DNA of 64,000 nt from Candidatus Bathyarchaeota archaeon (GTDB lineage: Archaea > Thermoproteota > Bathyarchaeia > 40CM-2-53-6), in NCBI GenBank assembly GCA_963733055.1, contig CAVTBR010000001.1:480001-544000 (forward strand), in the 5' to 3' direction. The translations under genes and the position numbers were made by a program. Each line of letters opens with the position of its first letter. Within the stretch, counting starts at the first letter, position 1. Below, one piece after another: positions 10,392-20,195 of the stretch. The notes under the pieces are model-generated. The model did not search any database, was not told the origin of the DNA, and worked only from the letters and a program-made list of their open reading frames with translations.

Positions 10392-12715
10392 CTGATAAGG
10401 CCGCGGTGAAGAAGCCCATGCAAAGCCAACAGATGCAGGTAGTGGGTAAGAGTGTTGGGCGAGTAGACTCACTCGACAAGGTACTTGGCAAACCAATTTA
10501 CACGATGGACATCGTTCCCGAAAATGCACTCCACTTGAAAGTGGTCAGATCCACCGTCGCCCACGCACTACTCAAACGAGTGGACCTATCGGAAGCGCGA
10601 AAGTATCCTGGTGTCGTAGCTGTAGTGACGGCTCAAGACATACCTGGAATCAACGAGTCAACAGCTCTCCTTCCCGATAAGCCGTTGTTCGCGACGGATA
10701 GGGTACGTTTTGCGGGCGAACCGATAGCCGCAATCGCATCCTACGACCCTTCCATAGCCGAAGAGGCACTTGACCTTGTCAAAATAGAGTACGAACCACT
10801 CCCATCAGTATTCTCACCCATCGACGCAATGAAACCCGACACGCCACAGATTCATGAGAAAGGAAACGTGGCAAAGTATCTGAAGGTTCGAAAGGGAAAC
10901 GTGGAGGAAGGGTTCAAGCAAGCGGACCTGATCGTTGAAGGAACCTACAAGACTCCGTTTCAAGACCCGATACCATTGGAGCCTGAAGCCGGGTTCGTCA
11001 TACCCGAGCCGGATGGTTCGGTTACATGTGTTGGCTCTATTCAGAGCCCTTACCATGTACAGACGGGAATCGCGAAGATCCTCTCGCTTCGGCCCGAACA
11101 GGTGCGAGTCATTCAGGCGGCTACCGGCGGAGCTTTCGGGCCAAAATCGGATGAGATTCCAGTCGATGTTCTCGGGATGGCTGCGTTGGTTGCTATTAGG
11201 ACGGGTAAGCCTGCGGCCCTTGCCTATAATCGGGAAGAGTGTATGATAGGGCACACGAAACGGCACCCATTCGTTATCTCAGTGAAGGTTGGTGTGAAGA
11301 AGAGTGGGAAACTCACGGCTTGGGAGACGAAATTGGTCGCCGACACCGGCGCATATGCGTCGCTTGGCCCGCTCGTCGTCATCCGCGCATGCTTCCACGC
11401 CACTGGTCCATACGTCATACCCAACGTGAAAACCGACGCCTACTGCGTCTACACGAACAACACAATCGCCGGCTCATTCAGAGGATTCGGGGGCCCGCAG
11501 TCCCATTTCGCCGCCGAATCCCACATGGACGAAATCGCGAAGAAGTTGGGCATGGACCCCTTGGATCTTCGCGTAATGAACATGCTTAGGCCTGGAACAC
11601 TTACGGCTACAAGCCAGATGGTTGATGAGGGCTGTGGGCTCGAAGAGTGCGTGAAGAAAGCGACCGCGGAATCGGACTGGTATAACCAACGCCGAAAATT
11701 CCGGGCTCAGAATGGGATTAAGAAACGAGGCTTAGGAATCGCCATCATGTACCACGGCAACAGCCTGGGCCCGGAGGGGAACGATTTTGCTACGGTGCAC
11801 ATGGAAATTGATGGCGAGGGTAAGATCAGAGTAAGAACGGCGCTCACCGAGTATGGGACGGGGGCTCCATCCGGGTTACTTCAGATTGCGGCCGAAACAA
11901 TGCACCTGCCCCTTGACTACTTCACTCTCGACTCTTCGGATACAGAGTATTGCGGTGACTCCGGGCCTACGGTTGCTTCCCGAACGATAACGATTGGAGG
12001 TCGGGCTACGCAGATGGTCGCCGGAAAGCTCGGCCAGAAACTAAGAGAGGTCGCCGCGGCGATGCTCAAGTGCTCGGCGGACGAGGTGGAATCACGTGAA
12101 GGAGTCTTCACCTCAAAATCAGCTCACTCCGTAGCATTCCGTGACGTTATTGCCAACGCCAATACACGGGGCATTTCGCTGAAGGAGTCAGCCACGTTCA
12201 CGGCGCCAAAATGCGACTACGAACCTGAGACCAGCCAGGGAACGGTGTATTTGCAATACACTTACGCGGCGGTTACAGCGGAGGTTGAGGTTGATACTGA
12301 AACTGGACGGGTGCAGGTTCTGAAGATGGTTGCAGCCTACGACGTGGGTAAGGCCATCAACCCGATTTCGGTTGAAGGGCAGATAGAGGGAGGGACGATT
12401 CAAGGGTTAGGCTACGCTTTGATGGAGGATTTGATTCACAAGGATGGGGTAGTCGTTAACCCGAACTTGGGAGATTACTACGTTCCCACATCACTCGATA
12501 TACCCGAAATCAAGACGATAATCGTGGAATACCCCGGCCGCTTAGGTCCTTTCGGCGCGAAAGCCATCGGCGAACCACCGGTAGTTTTGCCCGCTCCTGC
12601 AATCGTGAACGCTATCGACAATGCAATCGGCGTAAGAATCAACGAGATACCCGCCACCCCCGACCGAGTATTGACCAGTTTGAGGACAAAGCTACAAGCG
12701 TCGGGGAAGAATTAG
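10388..12715 (+). CDS. Xanthine dehydrogenase family molybdopterin-binding subunit 2
   Basis: GGAFGPK, SFRGFGGPQ, TVASR, GQIEGG, KAIGEPP; ATGA overlap with upstream gene. Confidence 0.93.
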   Translation: MTDKAAVKKPMQSQQMQVVGKSVGRVDSLDKVLGKPIYTMDIVPENALHLKVVRSTVAHALLKRVDLSEARKYPGVVAVVTAQDIPGINESTALLPDKPLFATDRVRFAGEPIAAIASYDPSIAEEALDLVKIEYEPLPSVFSPIDAMKPDTPQIHEKGNVAKYLKVRKGNVEEGFKQADLIVEGTYKTPFQDPIPLEPEAGFVIPEPDGSVTCVGSIQSPYHVQTGIAKILSLRPEQVRVIQAATGGAFGPKSDEIPVDVLGMAALVAIRTGKPAALAYNREECMIGHTKRHPFVISVKVGVKKSGKLTAWETKLVADTGAYASLGPLVVIRACFHATGPYVIPNVKTDAYCVYTNNTIAGSFRGFGGPQSHFAAESHMDEIAKKLGMDPLDLRVMNMLRPGTLTATSQMVDEGCGLEECVKKATAESDWYNQRRKFRAQNGIKKRGLGIAIMYHGNSLGPEGNDFATVHMEIDGEGKIRVRTALTEYGTGAPSGLLQIAAETMHLPLDYFTLDSSDTEYCGDSGPTVASRTITIGGRATQMVAGKLGQKLREVAAAMLKCSADEVESREGVFTSKSAHSVAFRDVIANANTRGISLKESATFTAPKCDYEPETSQGTVYLQYTYAAVTAEVEVDTETGRVQVLKMVAAYDVGKAINPISVEGQIEGGTIQGLGYALMEDLIHKDGVVVNPNLGDYYVPTSLDIPEIKTIIVEYPGRLGPFGAKAIGEPPVVLPAPAIVNAIDNAIGVRINEIPATPDRVLTSLRTKLQASGKN

Positions 12716-12728
12716 GGATGGAAACGGT

Positions 12729-13544
12729 TTGAAACTCATCCCCATCTACTCCGACAAGGCGCTGCTCGACGAAGCCCACAAACTAATGCAAGACTCACAG
12801 CCCTTCGCCTGGGTCACCATAATCAACCAGGAGGGTTCGAGCGCACGCCATCTAGGCTCATCAATGCTGGTAACTAGCGAAGGAAATGTGATCGGGACGG
12901 TTGGCGGGGCTATTGCTGAGCTTCAACTGATCGATCAGTCGGTGCAGGCGATTAAGGAGGGGAAACCGAGGACGGTTAAGATGCCGCTGCCTGTTTGTGC
13001 GGGCGTCATAACCTGCTTCATAAACGTCTTCCACGCCCCCGAACACCTCATCCTCGTTGGAGCCGGTCACGTCTCCCAACCAATGTCAAAACTGGCGAAG
13101 ATGCTTGGCTTTCAAGTTACGGTAATAGACGATAGAGCTGACTACGCAACTGTTGAACGATTTCCCGAGGCGGACAGGGTGATTGTTGACGACTGGGAAA
13201 AAGCCTTGAAAGAAGTTAGCATAGACTCGAACACTTACATCGTTATCCTAACCTACGCCGGCGAATACGACGAACTGGCCCTAAGAGCCGTCGTTGCTTC
13301 GAAGGCAGCCTACATTGGAATGATCTCGAGCGAAGCCAAAGCGAAAGGTATTCTCGCGAAGCTTAGGCGAGAGGGAATCTCAGACGACCTCTTGCGAAGA
13401 GTTGTAACGCCCATCGGACTCGACATCGGCGCTGAGACACCCGCCGAAGTCGCTGTGAGCACTATGGCTGAGATTGTGATGCGCAGAAAGAAACGGACCG
13501 GCAAACCCCTCTCAATCGCGGAACGAGAGATAACCAAGTCCTAA
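12729..13544 (+). CDS. xdhC: XdhC/CoxI family Mo-cofactor insertion chaperone
   Basis: GSSARHLG, GTVGG, GAGHVS, YIGMI, PIGLDIGAETPAEVA. Confidence 0.9.
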   Translation: MKLIPIYSDKALLDEAHKLMQDSQPFAWVTIINQEGSSARHLGSSMLVTSEGNVIGTVGGAIAELQLIDQSVQAIKEGKPRTVKMPLPVCAGVITCFINVFHAPEHLILVGAGHVSQPMSKLAKMLGFQVTVIDDRADYATVERFPEADRVIVDDWEKALKEVSIDSNTYIVILTYAGEYDELALRAVVASKAAYIGMISSEAKAKGILAKLRREGISDDLLRRVVTPIGLDIGAETPAEVAVSTMAEIVMRRKKRTGKPLSIAEREITKS

Positions 13545-13619
13545 TCAACTCAAAATCAATTCGGATTCTTTGCAGATTCCGGTTACCTCCTTAGGGGCTG
13601 TGGAAGAAACTCTTAGATA

Positions 13620-13631
13620 CTACAGTTATAG
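13620..13631. promoter_or_regulatory. Putative BlaI/CopY-type operator (CTACAGTTATAG)
   Basis: One mismatch to the TACA-NN-TGTA box bound by BlaI/MecI/CopY repressors; 20 nt upstream of the blaI-like gene. Confidence 0.5.
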
Positions 13632-13650
13632 GAGCTTGTGAAGAACACCA

Positions 13651-14025
13651 ATGTCATTAGGCGACCTTCAAGCCGACATACTCGGCGTCTTGCAAAGGCT
13701 CGGCAAAGCGTCCGCTCGAGAGGTAATGAAAGAGATTGGAACAACCCGGCACGTCGCCTACACAACCGTGGGAACCGTTCTCGATCGACTTTACAAAAAG
13801 GGCCTGGTTCGAAGAACTAAGGTCGTTGGGCGCGGCGGTGCAAAATACCTATACTCACCCGCACCGTCCGAGGACATTCAGACGAATCTCGTTCGGAGGG
13901 CGCTCGGCCAACTCGTAAACGCCTTCGGTCCCTCGATCGTCCCGACAATATACGATAACCTCGACCGAATTTCGAAGGAAGAAGCAGATGAACTGAAGAG
14001 AAAGGTAGACAAAGCGAAAAGGTAG
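13651..14025 (+). CDS. BlaI/MecI/CopY family transcriptional repressor
   Basis: LGDLQADIL..ASAREV..VAYTTVGTVLDRLYKKGLVRR. Confidence 0.9.
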   Translation: MSLGDLQADILGVLQRLGKASAREVMKEIGTTRHVAYTTVGTVLDRLYKKGLVRRTKVVGRGGAKYLYSPAPSEDIQTNLVRRALGQLVNAFGPSIVPTIYDNLDRISKEEADELKRKVDKAKR

Positions 14026-14032
14026 GCCACGA

Positions 14033-14935
14033 TTGATCCTACAAATCTACCAGATTTATTTTAGCAGTCTCAGAGTAATAGCCGCAATCATACTGCCCCT
14101 CGCGTCCGTCCTCGTGTTATTCTTGCTTTTCCGCCGAAGCAATAACCCAAGAACCCGCTCTCGGACCCTAGGCATGATGATGCTCTCTTCAATCTTCTTC
14201 TGGCTCTTCATCGGCCTCAGCCTCGTCCTCTGCTACACCCTTTCAGAACTATACGAGTACCAACCGGCGGCTGCGGTTCGAACGGTATTCGGAACCGTGT
14301 TGCTGCTTGCAGTATTGGGCGGTTTGCCGCTATCCATACTCTTAACCCGATTCTCCCCTCGAATAGTTCTTGCAAAAGTGAAGAACCTCTCACCACCCAA
14401 ACCAGAAACCGCAATCGCCTTCGACTCACTACGCAGGACAATGGGAGTAGCAGATGCCGAGCTAATGATATCCAAGACAAGCGTCCCGATCTCGTTCGCG
14501 GTTGAGGTTCACAAGCCAATCATAGTCATGTCGGAGAAACTGCTCTCGCTTCTGAAGAAAGACGAAATTGAGGCAGTAATGGCTCATGAGCTGGCTCACG
14601 TGAAGAACTCGGACACGATCCTGAAAGCCATGGTCACCGCATACAAGACCGCGTTGCCCCAGGACCCAATCATACGGCTGGTTGAAGCGGCTTTTCACCG
14701 AGAAAGGGAGATGGTTGCGGACGAGACCGCCGCCAAGACAACCAAGAAACCCCTCTCGCTTGCTTCGGCACTGCTCAAGATTTACCAGGCGTTTCCAAAG
14801 AAAGAACTTGGTTCCTTTGGGACTCTATCAATCCTAGGAACGGGCAGAACACTCTTCAGCCGCCACCCGCCGATCAAGCAACGAATACAACATTTAGTTC
14901 ATTTAGCGGAAATGTACAGCTCTCGAACACACTAG
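14033..14935 (+). CDS. Membrane zinc metalloprotease, M56/M48 (BlaR1/HtpX-like)
   Basis: Three N-terminal TM segments, AHELAH, REMVAD, HPPIKQRI. Confidence 0.88.
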   Translation: MILQIYQIYFSSLRVIAAIILPLASVLVLFLLFRRSNNPRTRSRTLGMMMLSSIFFWLFIGLSLVLCYTLSELYEYQPAAAVRTVFGTVLLLAVLGGLPLSILLTRFSPRIVLAKVKNLSPPKPETAIAFDSLRRTMGVADAELMISKTSVPISFAVEVHKPIIVMSEKLLSLLKKDEIEAVMAHELAHVKNSDTILKAMVTAYKTALPQDPIIRLVEAAFHREREMVADETAAKTTKKPLSLASALLKIYQAFPKKELGSFGTLSILGTGRTLFSRHPPIKQRIQHLVHLAEMYSSRTH

Positions 14936-14944
14936 TCTATTGCT

Positions 14945-15796
14945 CTAGGTTTTGTCGTCTTTCTTCTGTTTAGTGAGATCCGCAACACTCACTGCCCCTA
15001 ATGGTGGGAATCCCATAGAGACTCCTGCCGTCGGCGTGTTCGTGGGGACCAGCATTAGAGTTCCCTTGCTCTGAAGGCCCAGCTCGTAGAGAATGTTCAT
15101 CCAACGCAATTCCAACGCCCGAATGTTCTTTTCGTACATGTTCGCGGCGTCCACCATCTTCTGTGCTGCCTCAAACTCCGCCATAGCCAACGTCACCCTT
15201 GCCCTTCGCTCGCGTTCTGCCTGGGCTTGCCTAGACATAGCATCCTGCAAAGCTCCCGGTATGCCGATGTCTTTGACCTCTACAGAGGCCACCTTAATCC
15301 CCCAATGTTCTGTTTTCTCGTCGATTATGTTCCGGGCCTCGACTCCTACTTTCTCTCGTTCAGCGAGCAATTCGTCAAAGGTCACTTTGCCTATGACCTC
15401 TCGCAAGGTTGTCTGAGCGGCCAAAGTGGTAGCGTCTAAGTACCTTTCGACGTTCAAAATCACTTTCTCTACATCTATTGCTTGGTAGAACATTATTGCA
15501 TCGACGTTCACGGGAACGTTGTCTTTGGTGAAAGTTTGTTCGGTTCTAAACGGGAACGTTTGAACGCGCGTTGAGACGATGTTTGGAATCCGATCTAAGA
15601 ATGGGATTATGTAGAAAAGACCGGGACCCTTCAAACCGGTATAGCGGCCGAGACGTAGAACGGGTGCCCGTTCCCATTCCTTGATTACCCTAATGCCGGA
15701 CGCGACGATGATTACGACGAAAAGTAGGACTATGACTCCCGCAATGAACCCAGGATCGAACAATATGTCCGTAAGCGCCATGAAACCGAGCCTCAC
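14945..15796 (-). CDS. SPFH/stomatin family protein
   Basis: EWERAPVLRLGR, TKDNVPVNVDA, AQTTLREVIG, QAQAERERRA. Confidence 0.93.
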   Translation of the reverse strand: MRLGFMALTDILFDPGFIAGVIVLLFVVIIVASGIRVIKEWERAPVLRLGRYTGLKGPGLFYIIPFLDRIPNIVSTRVQTFPFRTEQTFTKDNVPVNVDAIMFYQAIDVEKVILNVERYLDATTLAAQTTLREVIGKVTFDELLAEREKVGVEARNIIDEKTEHWGIKVASVEVKDIGIPGALQDAMSRQAQAERERRARVTLAMAEFEAAQKMVDAANMYEKNIRALELRWMNILYELGLQSKGTLMLVPTNTPTAGVSMGFPPLGAVSVADLTKQKKDDKT

Positions 15797-17163
15797 TTCT
15801 GACTTTGTATGGGCTTGACCTTTAAGACTAGCCCTTCTCTTCCAACGATCTCGACCTGCCCGCCCACCTTCACCTCGCCACTAAGGCTCTCAGCCTTCCA
15901 AATCTGACCCTCAACCCTGACCTCACCCTTAGGGGCGAGAGCTGACACCGCTGTCCCAGTCATACCCATGAACTGTTCCGGGCCGCCCTTCACCTTCAGT
16001 CGCCTCGACTGGGCGACTTTGAAAACAACGAAACCGAATATTCCAGACATCACCAACGCGACCGAGATCAGAGTTTCCCGCGCCGATTGAACAGCCGACG
16101 CCGCAAGTAACTCCCAGCCTGGGAGAGGAAATTCCAGGAAACTCCCGGCGATCACCATTCCGATTCCGGCTAAAGCGAAAACTCCAATGTGCGTCTTGAT
16201 CTCTAGCAGAGTAAGGGCTATGCCAAGAATGAAGAGAAGCGTGGCAGCGAGGTTGATTCCTATCGCTCCAAAACCTATCAACGCAAACAAGACCATCAAG
16301 GCGCCGACAATCTCAACGCCGTAGCCTGGCGTTTTGAAGCCAATTATGACTGCGTACATCCCAACGAGGAAGAGAGCGATTGAGATTATGGGGTTCGATA
16401 GGAATGTTAGGAGTTGAACGCTATAGCTAGGTGAGTAATTGTAAGTGGGGGCTTGTGCGATGCCTGAGAAGTCAAAGCTCTTCGTATAAGTTACATTACT
16501 TAATGCCGACGTCAAGACAAGCTTCTGCACCGAAGTGCCCATCGGCGTGGTCGTAGAAACCAGTGTGTAAGGTTGAAGTTGAGAGAGTAGGCTATCAAGA
16601 CTGTCAGCGGCAAATTCAACAATATGAAGTCTGATTGCCTCTTCCGGTCCGAGGTTGATGTTCTGCGTGATGAATTGCTGAGCAGCCGTTTCGTTTCTAT
16701 CGTGAAGACGAGCATTGTCCCGCATCAGTCCGGTTAGAGCGTTGATAATTTTCGTTTCGTTGATGGGCTCCCCCGCCGCTGAAACCGGTTGAGCTGAACC
16801 TATCGTTGTCCCGGACGCCATGACGGCTATGTCCGAGGCCATCAAAATGTACGTCCCGCCACTCCAAGCCGCGGCACCTGAAGGAGTAACCCATACAACA
16901 ACCGGAATCGGCGACCCGTTGAACGAATTCATAATATCCGTGACAGATGTCAGATCTCCGCCGGGAGTGTTGAGCTCGTATACTATGAGCCGAGCGCCCC
17001 CGGCCGTCGCCTCATCAATGGAACGCGTCACCAACTCTACAGTTGGGCCCGCTATATCCGAACTAACGCTAACAACAAGTACGCTGCCCTGAGCTTGAGC
17101 AGCAGGCTGAAGCGCCATGAGCACTACGATTGCGACAATTGCAACGAGCGCTATGGTCTTCAT
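15793..17163 (-). CDS. nfeD: NfeD-like membrane-bound ClpP-class serine protease
   Basis: LNTPGG, AAWSGG, TIGSAQP, TM region, C-terminal OB domain (GEVRVEGQIWKA); upstream of stomatin. Confidence 0.9.
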   Translation of the reverse strand: MKTIALVAIVAIVVLMALQPAAQAQGSVLVVSVSSDIAGPTVELVTRSIDEATAGGARLIVYELNTPGGDLTSVTDIMNSFNGSPIPVVVWVTPSGAAAWSGGTYILMASDIAVMASGTTIGSAQPVSAAGEPINETKIINALTGLMRDNARLHDRNETAAQQFITQNINLGPEEAIRLHIVEFAADSLDSLLSQLQPYTLVSTTTPMGTSVQKLVLTSALSNVTYTKSFDFSGIAQAPTYNYSPSYSVQLLTFLSNPIISIALFLVGMYAVIIGFKTPGYGVEIVGALMVLFALIGFGAIGINLAATLLFILGIALTLLEIKTHIGVFALAGIGMVIAGSFLEFPLPGWELLAASAVQSARETLISVALVMSGIFGFVVFKVAQSRRLKVKGGPEQFMGMTGTAVSALAPKGEVRVEGQIWKAESLSGEVKVGGQVEIVGREGLVLKVKPIQSQK

Positions 17164-17268
17164 TCAGTGGGCGTCTCTTTACTGGGTAGCTGGAAAGCGG
17201 CCTTTAAACTCTGCTTGAGAATAGATGCCAAATGTCCACATTTGTGGTCAGGCGTTGAGAAAGGGGCT

Positions 17269-17922
17269 TTGTCACAACCAACCAAACAATATTCGATGCT
17301 TAGAACAATCTGCCGGAAATTTCCGGTAAAGGTCTGGAAGGCGGGGCGTCCCTTTGAGACGCTGGTTGAGACAATACTATCGCAGAACACGACCGACCGC
17401 AATAGTCACGCGGCGATGTTGAAACTGAGGAAGCGCTACAAGATTAACCCGAGAGCGCTCGCTAAAGCGAGAATTAGAGACTTAACGCCGTGCATTAAGC
17501 AGGCCGGACTGTACAGGTCAAAGGGTCCACGAATAATAGCCGTATCCAGAATTATTCAGGATCAGTATGGTGGACGACTCGCACCCATCCTCAACCAGCC
17601 GTATGAACAGGCGAAGAGCGAGCTGATGACGCTTCCCGGAGTTGGACCGAAGACAGCTGACATCCTCCTCGCATTCGTGGCCAAGAACCCCATAATCCCA
17701 GTCGATACGCACATAGCGAGGGTTACAAAACGGCTCGGAATCGCCAAGCCAAACGCAAACTACGAACAAGTCCGCCTGCCACTAGAAGCCCTGATTCCGC
17801 CTCGAAAGCGCGTCTCCTGGCATCTGTCAATCATCTCGTTCGGGCGGGCAATCTGTCGAGCTCCACGCCCCCGGTGTGCTATCTGTCCCGTAAACAAGCT
17901 ATGCCCAAGCAGCACGGTCTAG
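17269..17922 (+). CDS. nth: Endonuclease III
   Basis: LSQNTTD, LPGVGPKTAD HhH, VDTH, CRAPRPRCAICPVNKLC Fe-S loop; true start uncertain. Confidence 0.9.
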   Translation: MSQPTKQYSMLRTICRKFPVKVWKAGRPFETLVETILSQNTTDRNSHAAMLKLRKRYKINPRALAKARIRDLTPCIKQAGLYRSKGPRIIAVSRIIQDQYGGRLAPILNQPYEQAKSELMTLPGVGPKTADILLAFVAKNPIIPVDTHIARVTKRLGIAKPNANYEQVRLPLEALIPPRKRVSWHLSIISFGRAICRAPRPRCAICPVNKLCPSSTV

Positions 17923-17995
17923 CGCGAAATCAACAACAGACTCGCGTCAACAACTCTTTTTAGTAAAGGCTCGTTTCAGGCGAGAAGGTGACTCG

Positions 17996-18196
17996 TTGCC
18001 GGAAGTTGCGGAAGAGGACATACCCTTCTACGCTGAAGTAACCGCGGGCGGAAGGGTAACCATACCTGAAGAAATTCGCAAGATCTTTGACATCAAAGAT
18101 GGCGATGCAGTATTCTGTAGGCTGAAAATTATTCCCAGCAGAAAGAAGAACAATCTTCCTCCGAAGGAAGCGAAGGAACCAAAACAAACCACTTAG
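17996..18196 (+). CDS. AbrB/MazE/SpoVT family DNA-binding protein
   Basis: VTAGGRVTIPEEIRKIFDIKDGD. Confidence 0.85.
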   Translation: MPEVAEEDIPFYAEVTAGGRVTIPEEIRKIFDIKDGDAVFCRLKIIPSRKKNNLPPKEAKEPKQTT

Positions 18197-18867
18197 GTCT
18201 GCGTTGTTGAAAGTAGCGTTCGCCCGAGTGGCGTCAGTTTAACGCGCAGACGTCCACGTTTGCCCCTCTCAATCTCCACTAACCCCAGCCCCTCCAGTCC
18301 CTTGCTATCTCGCGACCCGCGAATGTGGTAGCTTAGAAGTGGCTTTCCGTAATTCGCGATCGTGCTTAACTTCTCTAAGCTCTCTACGTCGCCGCCGGAA
18401 CGCTCGATCGCACGGAGGATTTCGAGCTTAGGCTCCGTCACCGTTTGAGTATACCCATACTTCATAACCGGCAATACTTCGGCGCGGTCGCCGATGACGT
18501 CGAATGTTCTTATTCCGTGAATGAAACCCGCCGTAACTCCGGCGCAGGTCAAATGTTTGCTAGCCGATCCGACGTTAATGAGAAAATCTTGAAAGCCTTC
18601 GGTTTCTTTCTTCACTAGCTCTCCGACAGCATCGAGCATCGTTTGTACTGTGGAGTCTTGGATCGGCACGATCTCAACCGCGAGCCTGAGAGTATCAGTA
18701 AGCTTTCCCGCGAGTTGTTTCGCTTGGACATTGGAATCGGTTGTCGCGATTAGGGCCAATTTGTGGGCTGGAAAACTTCGAAGCCCAACAAAGACTGCTT
18801 CTTCATTGTCTCCAAGAATCGCCATTTGAAGCGTCTTCAGAGGCATGGGCTCCGCATCCGTTCGCAT
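18193..18867 (-). CDS. Csa3/DUF6293-like Rossmann(CARF-like)-wHTH transcriptional regulator
   Basis: N-terminal alpha/beta domain (LINVGSASK), C-terminal wHTH (KPLLSYHI..LEGLGLVEIE..KLTPLGR). Confidence 0.65.
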   Translation of the reverse strand: MRTDAEPMPLKTLQMAILGDNEEAVFVGLRSFPAHKLALIATTDSNVQAKQLAGKLTDTLRLAVEIVPIQDSTVQTMLDAVGELVKKETEGFQDFLINVGSASKHLTCAGVTAGFIHGIRTFDVIGDRAEVLPVMKYGYTQTVTEPKLEILRAIERSGGDVESLEKLSTIANYGKPLLSYHIRGSRDSKGLEGLGLVEIERGKRGRLRVKLTPLGRTLLSTTQT

Positions 18868-18950
18868 CTAATTAAACGCTTACAAATCGACTTATACCGT
18901 AGGTTCCGGTTTTCGGAGGAAAACTGAATCGGAGAGCTGGAGGAGAGAAG

Positions 18951-20195
18951 GTGGGGTATTCATCGCGGTTCTCGGTGAGCCGCTCAACCCTTTTTCAATC
19001 CCCGCTGTACATCTCCGTATTTCTAATGAGGTTCAGCTTCGGCCTCGTTCTATTCACTCTCCCAATTTATCTTCCAAGGCATGAATTCTCGAACTTCGCA
19101 GTGGGCATAATCGCGGCCGCCTACCCGATAGCTGAAACCATCTGCGGGCCAACGATCGGAATTCTAGTCGACAGGTACGGAAGGCGAAAGTGGATCTACC
19201 TGGGCTTGACGATTTCCACCGTGGCATTATTTGTATTCACGTTGAACACGAACATCGCCTACTTAGCGGCAGTGCATGCAGTGCAGGGTGTCGCGGCGGC
19301 CATGATCATCGTTAGCACGCTCACCATGGTAACAGACGCCACCACTAGCACAACTCGCGGGAAGGAAATGGGCATTTATGATTTCGCGAACCTGGGCGGG
19401 TATATGGTTGGGATTTTGGCTGCGGGAATCCTAACGCATATTGCGTCACGAACGACGCCCTTCTACTTTGCCTCGGCCCTCGCGGCGATCGGCGCCCTCT
19501 TCGCGTATTTCAGAGTCAAGGAAACGAAATGGCAGGGCAGGGATCGCGCGTTCTCCCCCATTCAAACGTTGAAGATTCTGTTGAGTCACCGACGCGCGGC
19601 CGCGATGTTCCCGATCTGGTTGGCTATAACCACATTCGTTGGAGTCGCATTAACATTCGGCCCACGCCTAGGCCCATCGCCCTTCCTGACGAGCATATTC
19701 TTTGGCGGAGTTGTGCTTGTGTTGGCGGTGACGCAGCCACTCTTCGGCCACCTATCCGACAAATACGGTCGAGATAAGCTCATGATGCTAGGACTGCTCT
19801 CGGTTCTGGGTCTGTTCTTTACAGCCATAGAGATGGTTAGGGGCAGGTTGGGGTTCTGGTTTGGCGCCCCATTTCTGGTCTTGTTCGGAATTGGTAGTTT
19901 CGCTTTTCCGCCCGCCGCACTCGCAACGTTAGGTGACCTAGCTCCCGACCGTAGCCGGGGAACTACTATGGGGGTGTATAGTGTTGTGATAAGTTTGGGA
20001 ACGATAATCGGACCACTTCTCGGTGGCTATTTGCTGGACAAATATGGGGTGACGAGCCTGTTCTATTCCGGCCTCGTGATATTGATTGGAGCGTTGAGTC
20101 TCTCGATTCTCATAGCCGGTTCGGGCTTCAGCGTCTCGAAACCTCTCACATTCCGTAGACGAGTCGAGGCTAGGTTTTCTTGGAAAGGTGCATGA
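18951..20195 (+). CDS. MFS transporter
   Basis: About 12 TM segments; motif A in both halves (GILVDRYGRR, GHLSDKYGR). Confidence 0.9.
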   Translation: MGYSSRFSVSRSTLFQSPLYISVFLMRFSFGLVLFTLPIYLPRHEFSNFAVGIIAAAYPIAETICGPTIGILVDRYGRRKWIYLGLTISTVALFVFTLNTNIAYLAAVHAVQGVAAAMIIVSTLTMVTDATTSTTRGKEMGIYDFANLGGYMVGILAAGILTHIASRTTPFYFASALAAIGALFAYFRVKETKWQGRDRAFSPIQTLKILLSHRRAAAMFPIWLAITTFVGVALTFGPRLGPSPFLTSIFFGGVVLVLAVTQPLFGHLSDKYGRDKLMMLGLLSVLGLFFTAIEMVRGRLGFWFGAPFLVLFGIGSFAFPPAALATLGDLAPDRSRGTTMGVYSVVISLGTIIGPLLGGYLLDKYGVTSLFYSGLVILIGALSLSILIAGSGFSVSKPLTFRRRVEARFSWKGA

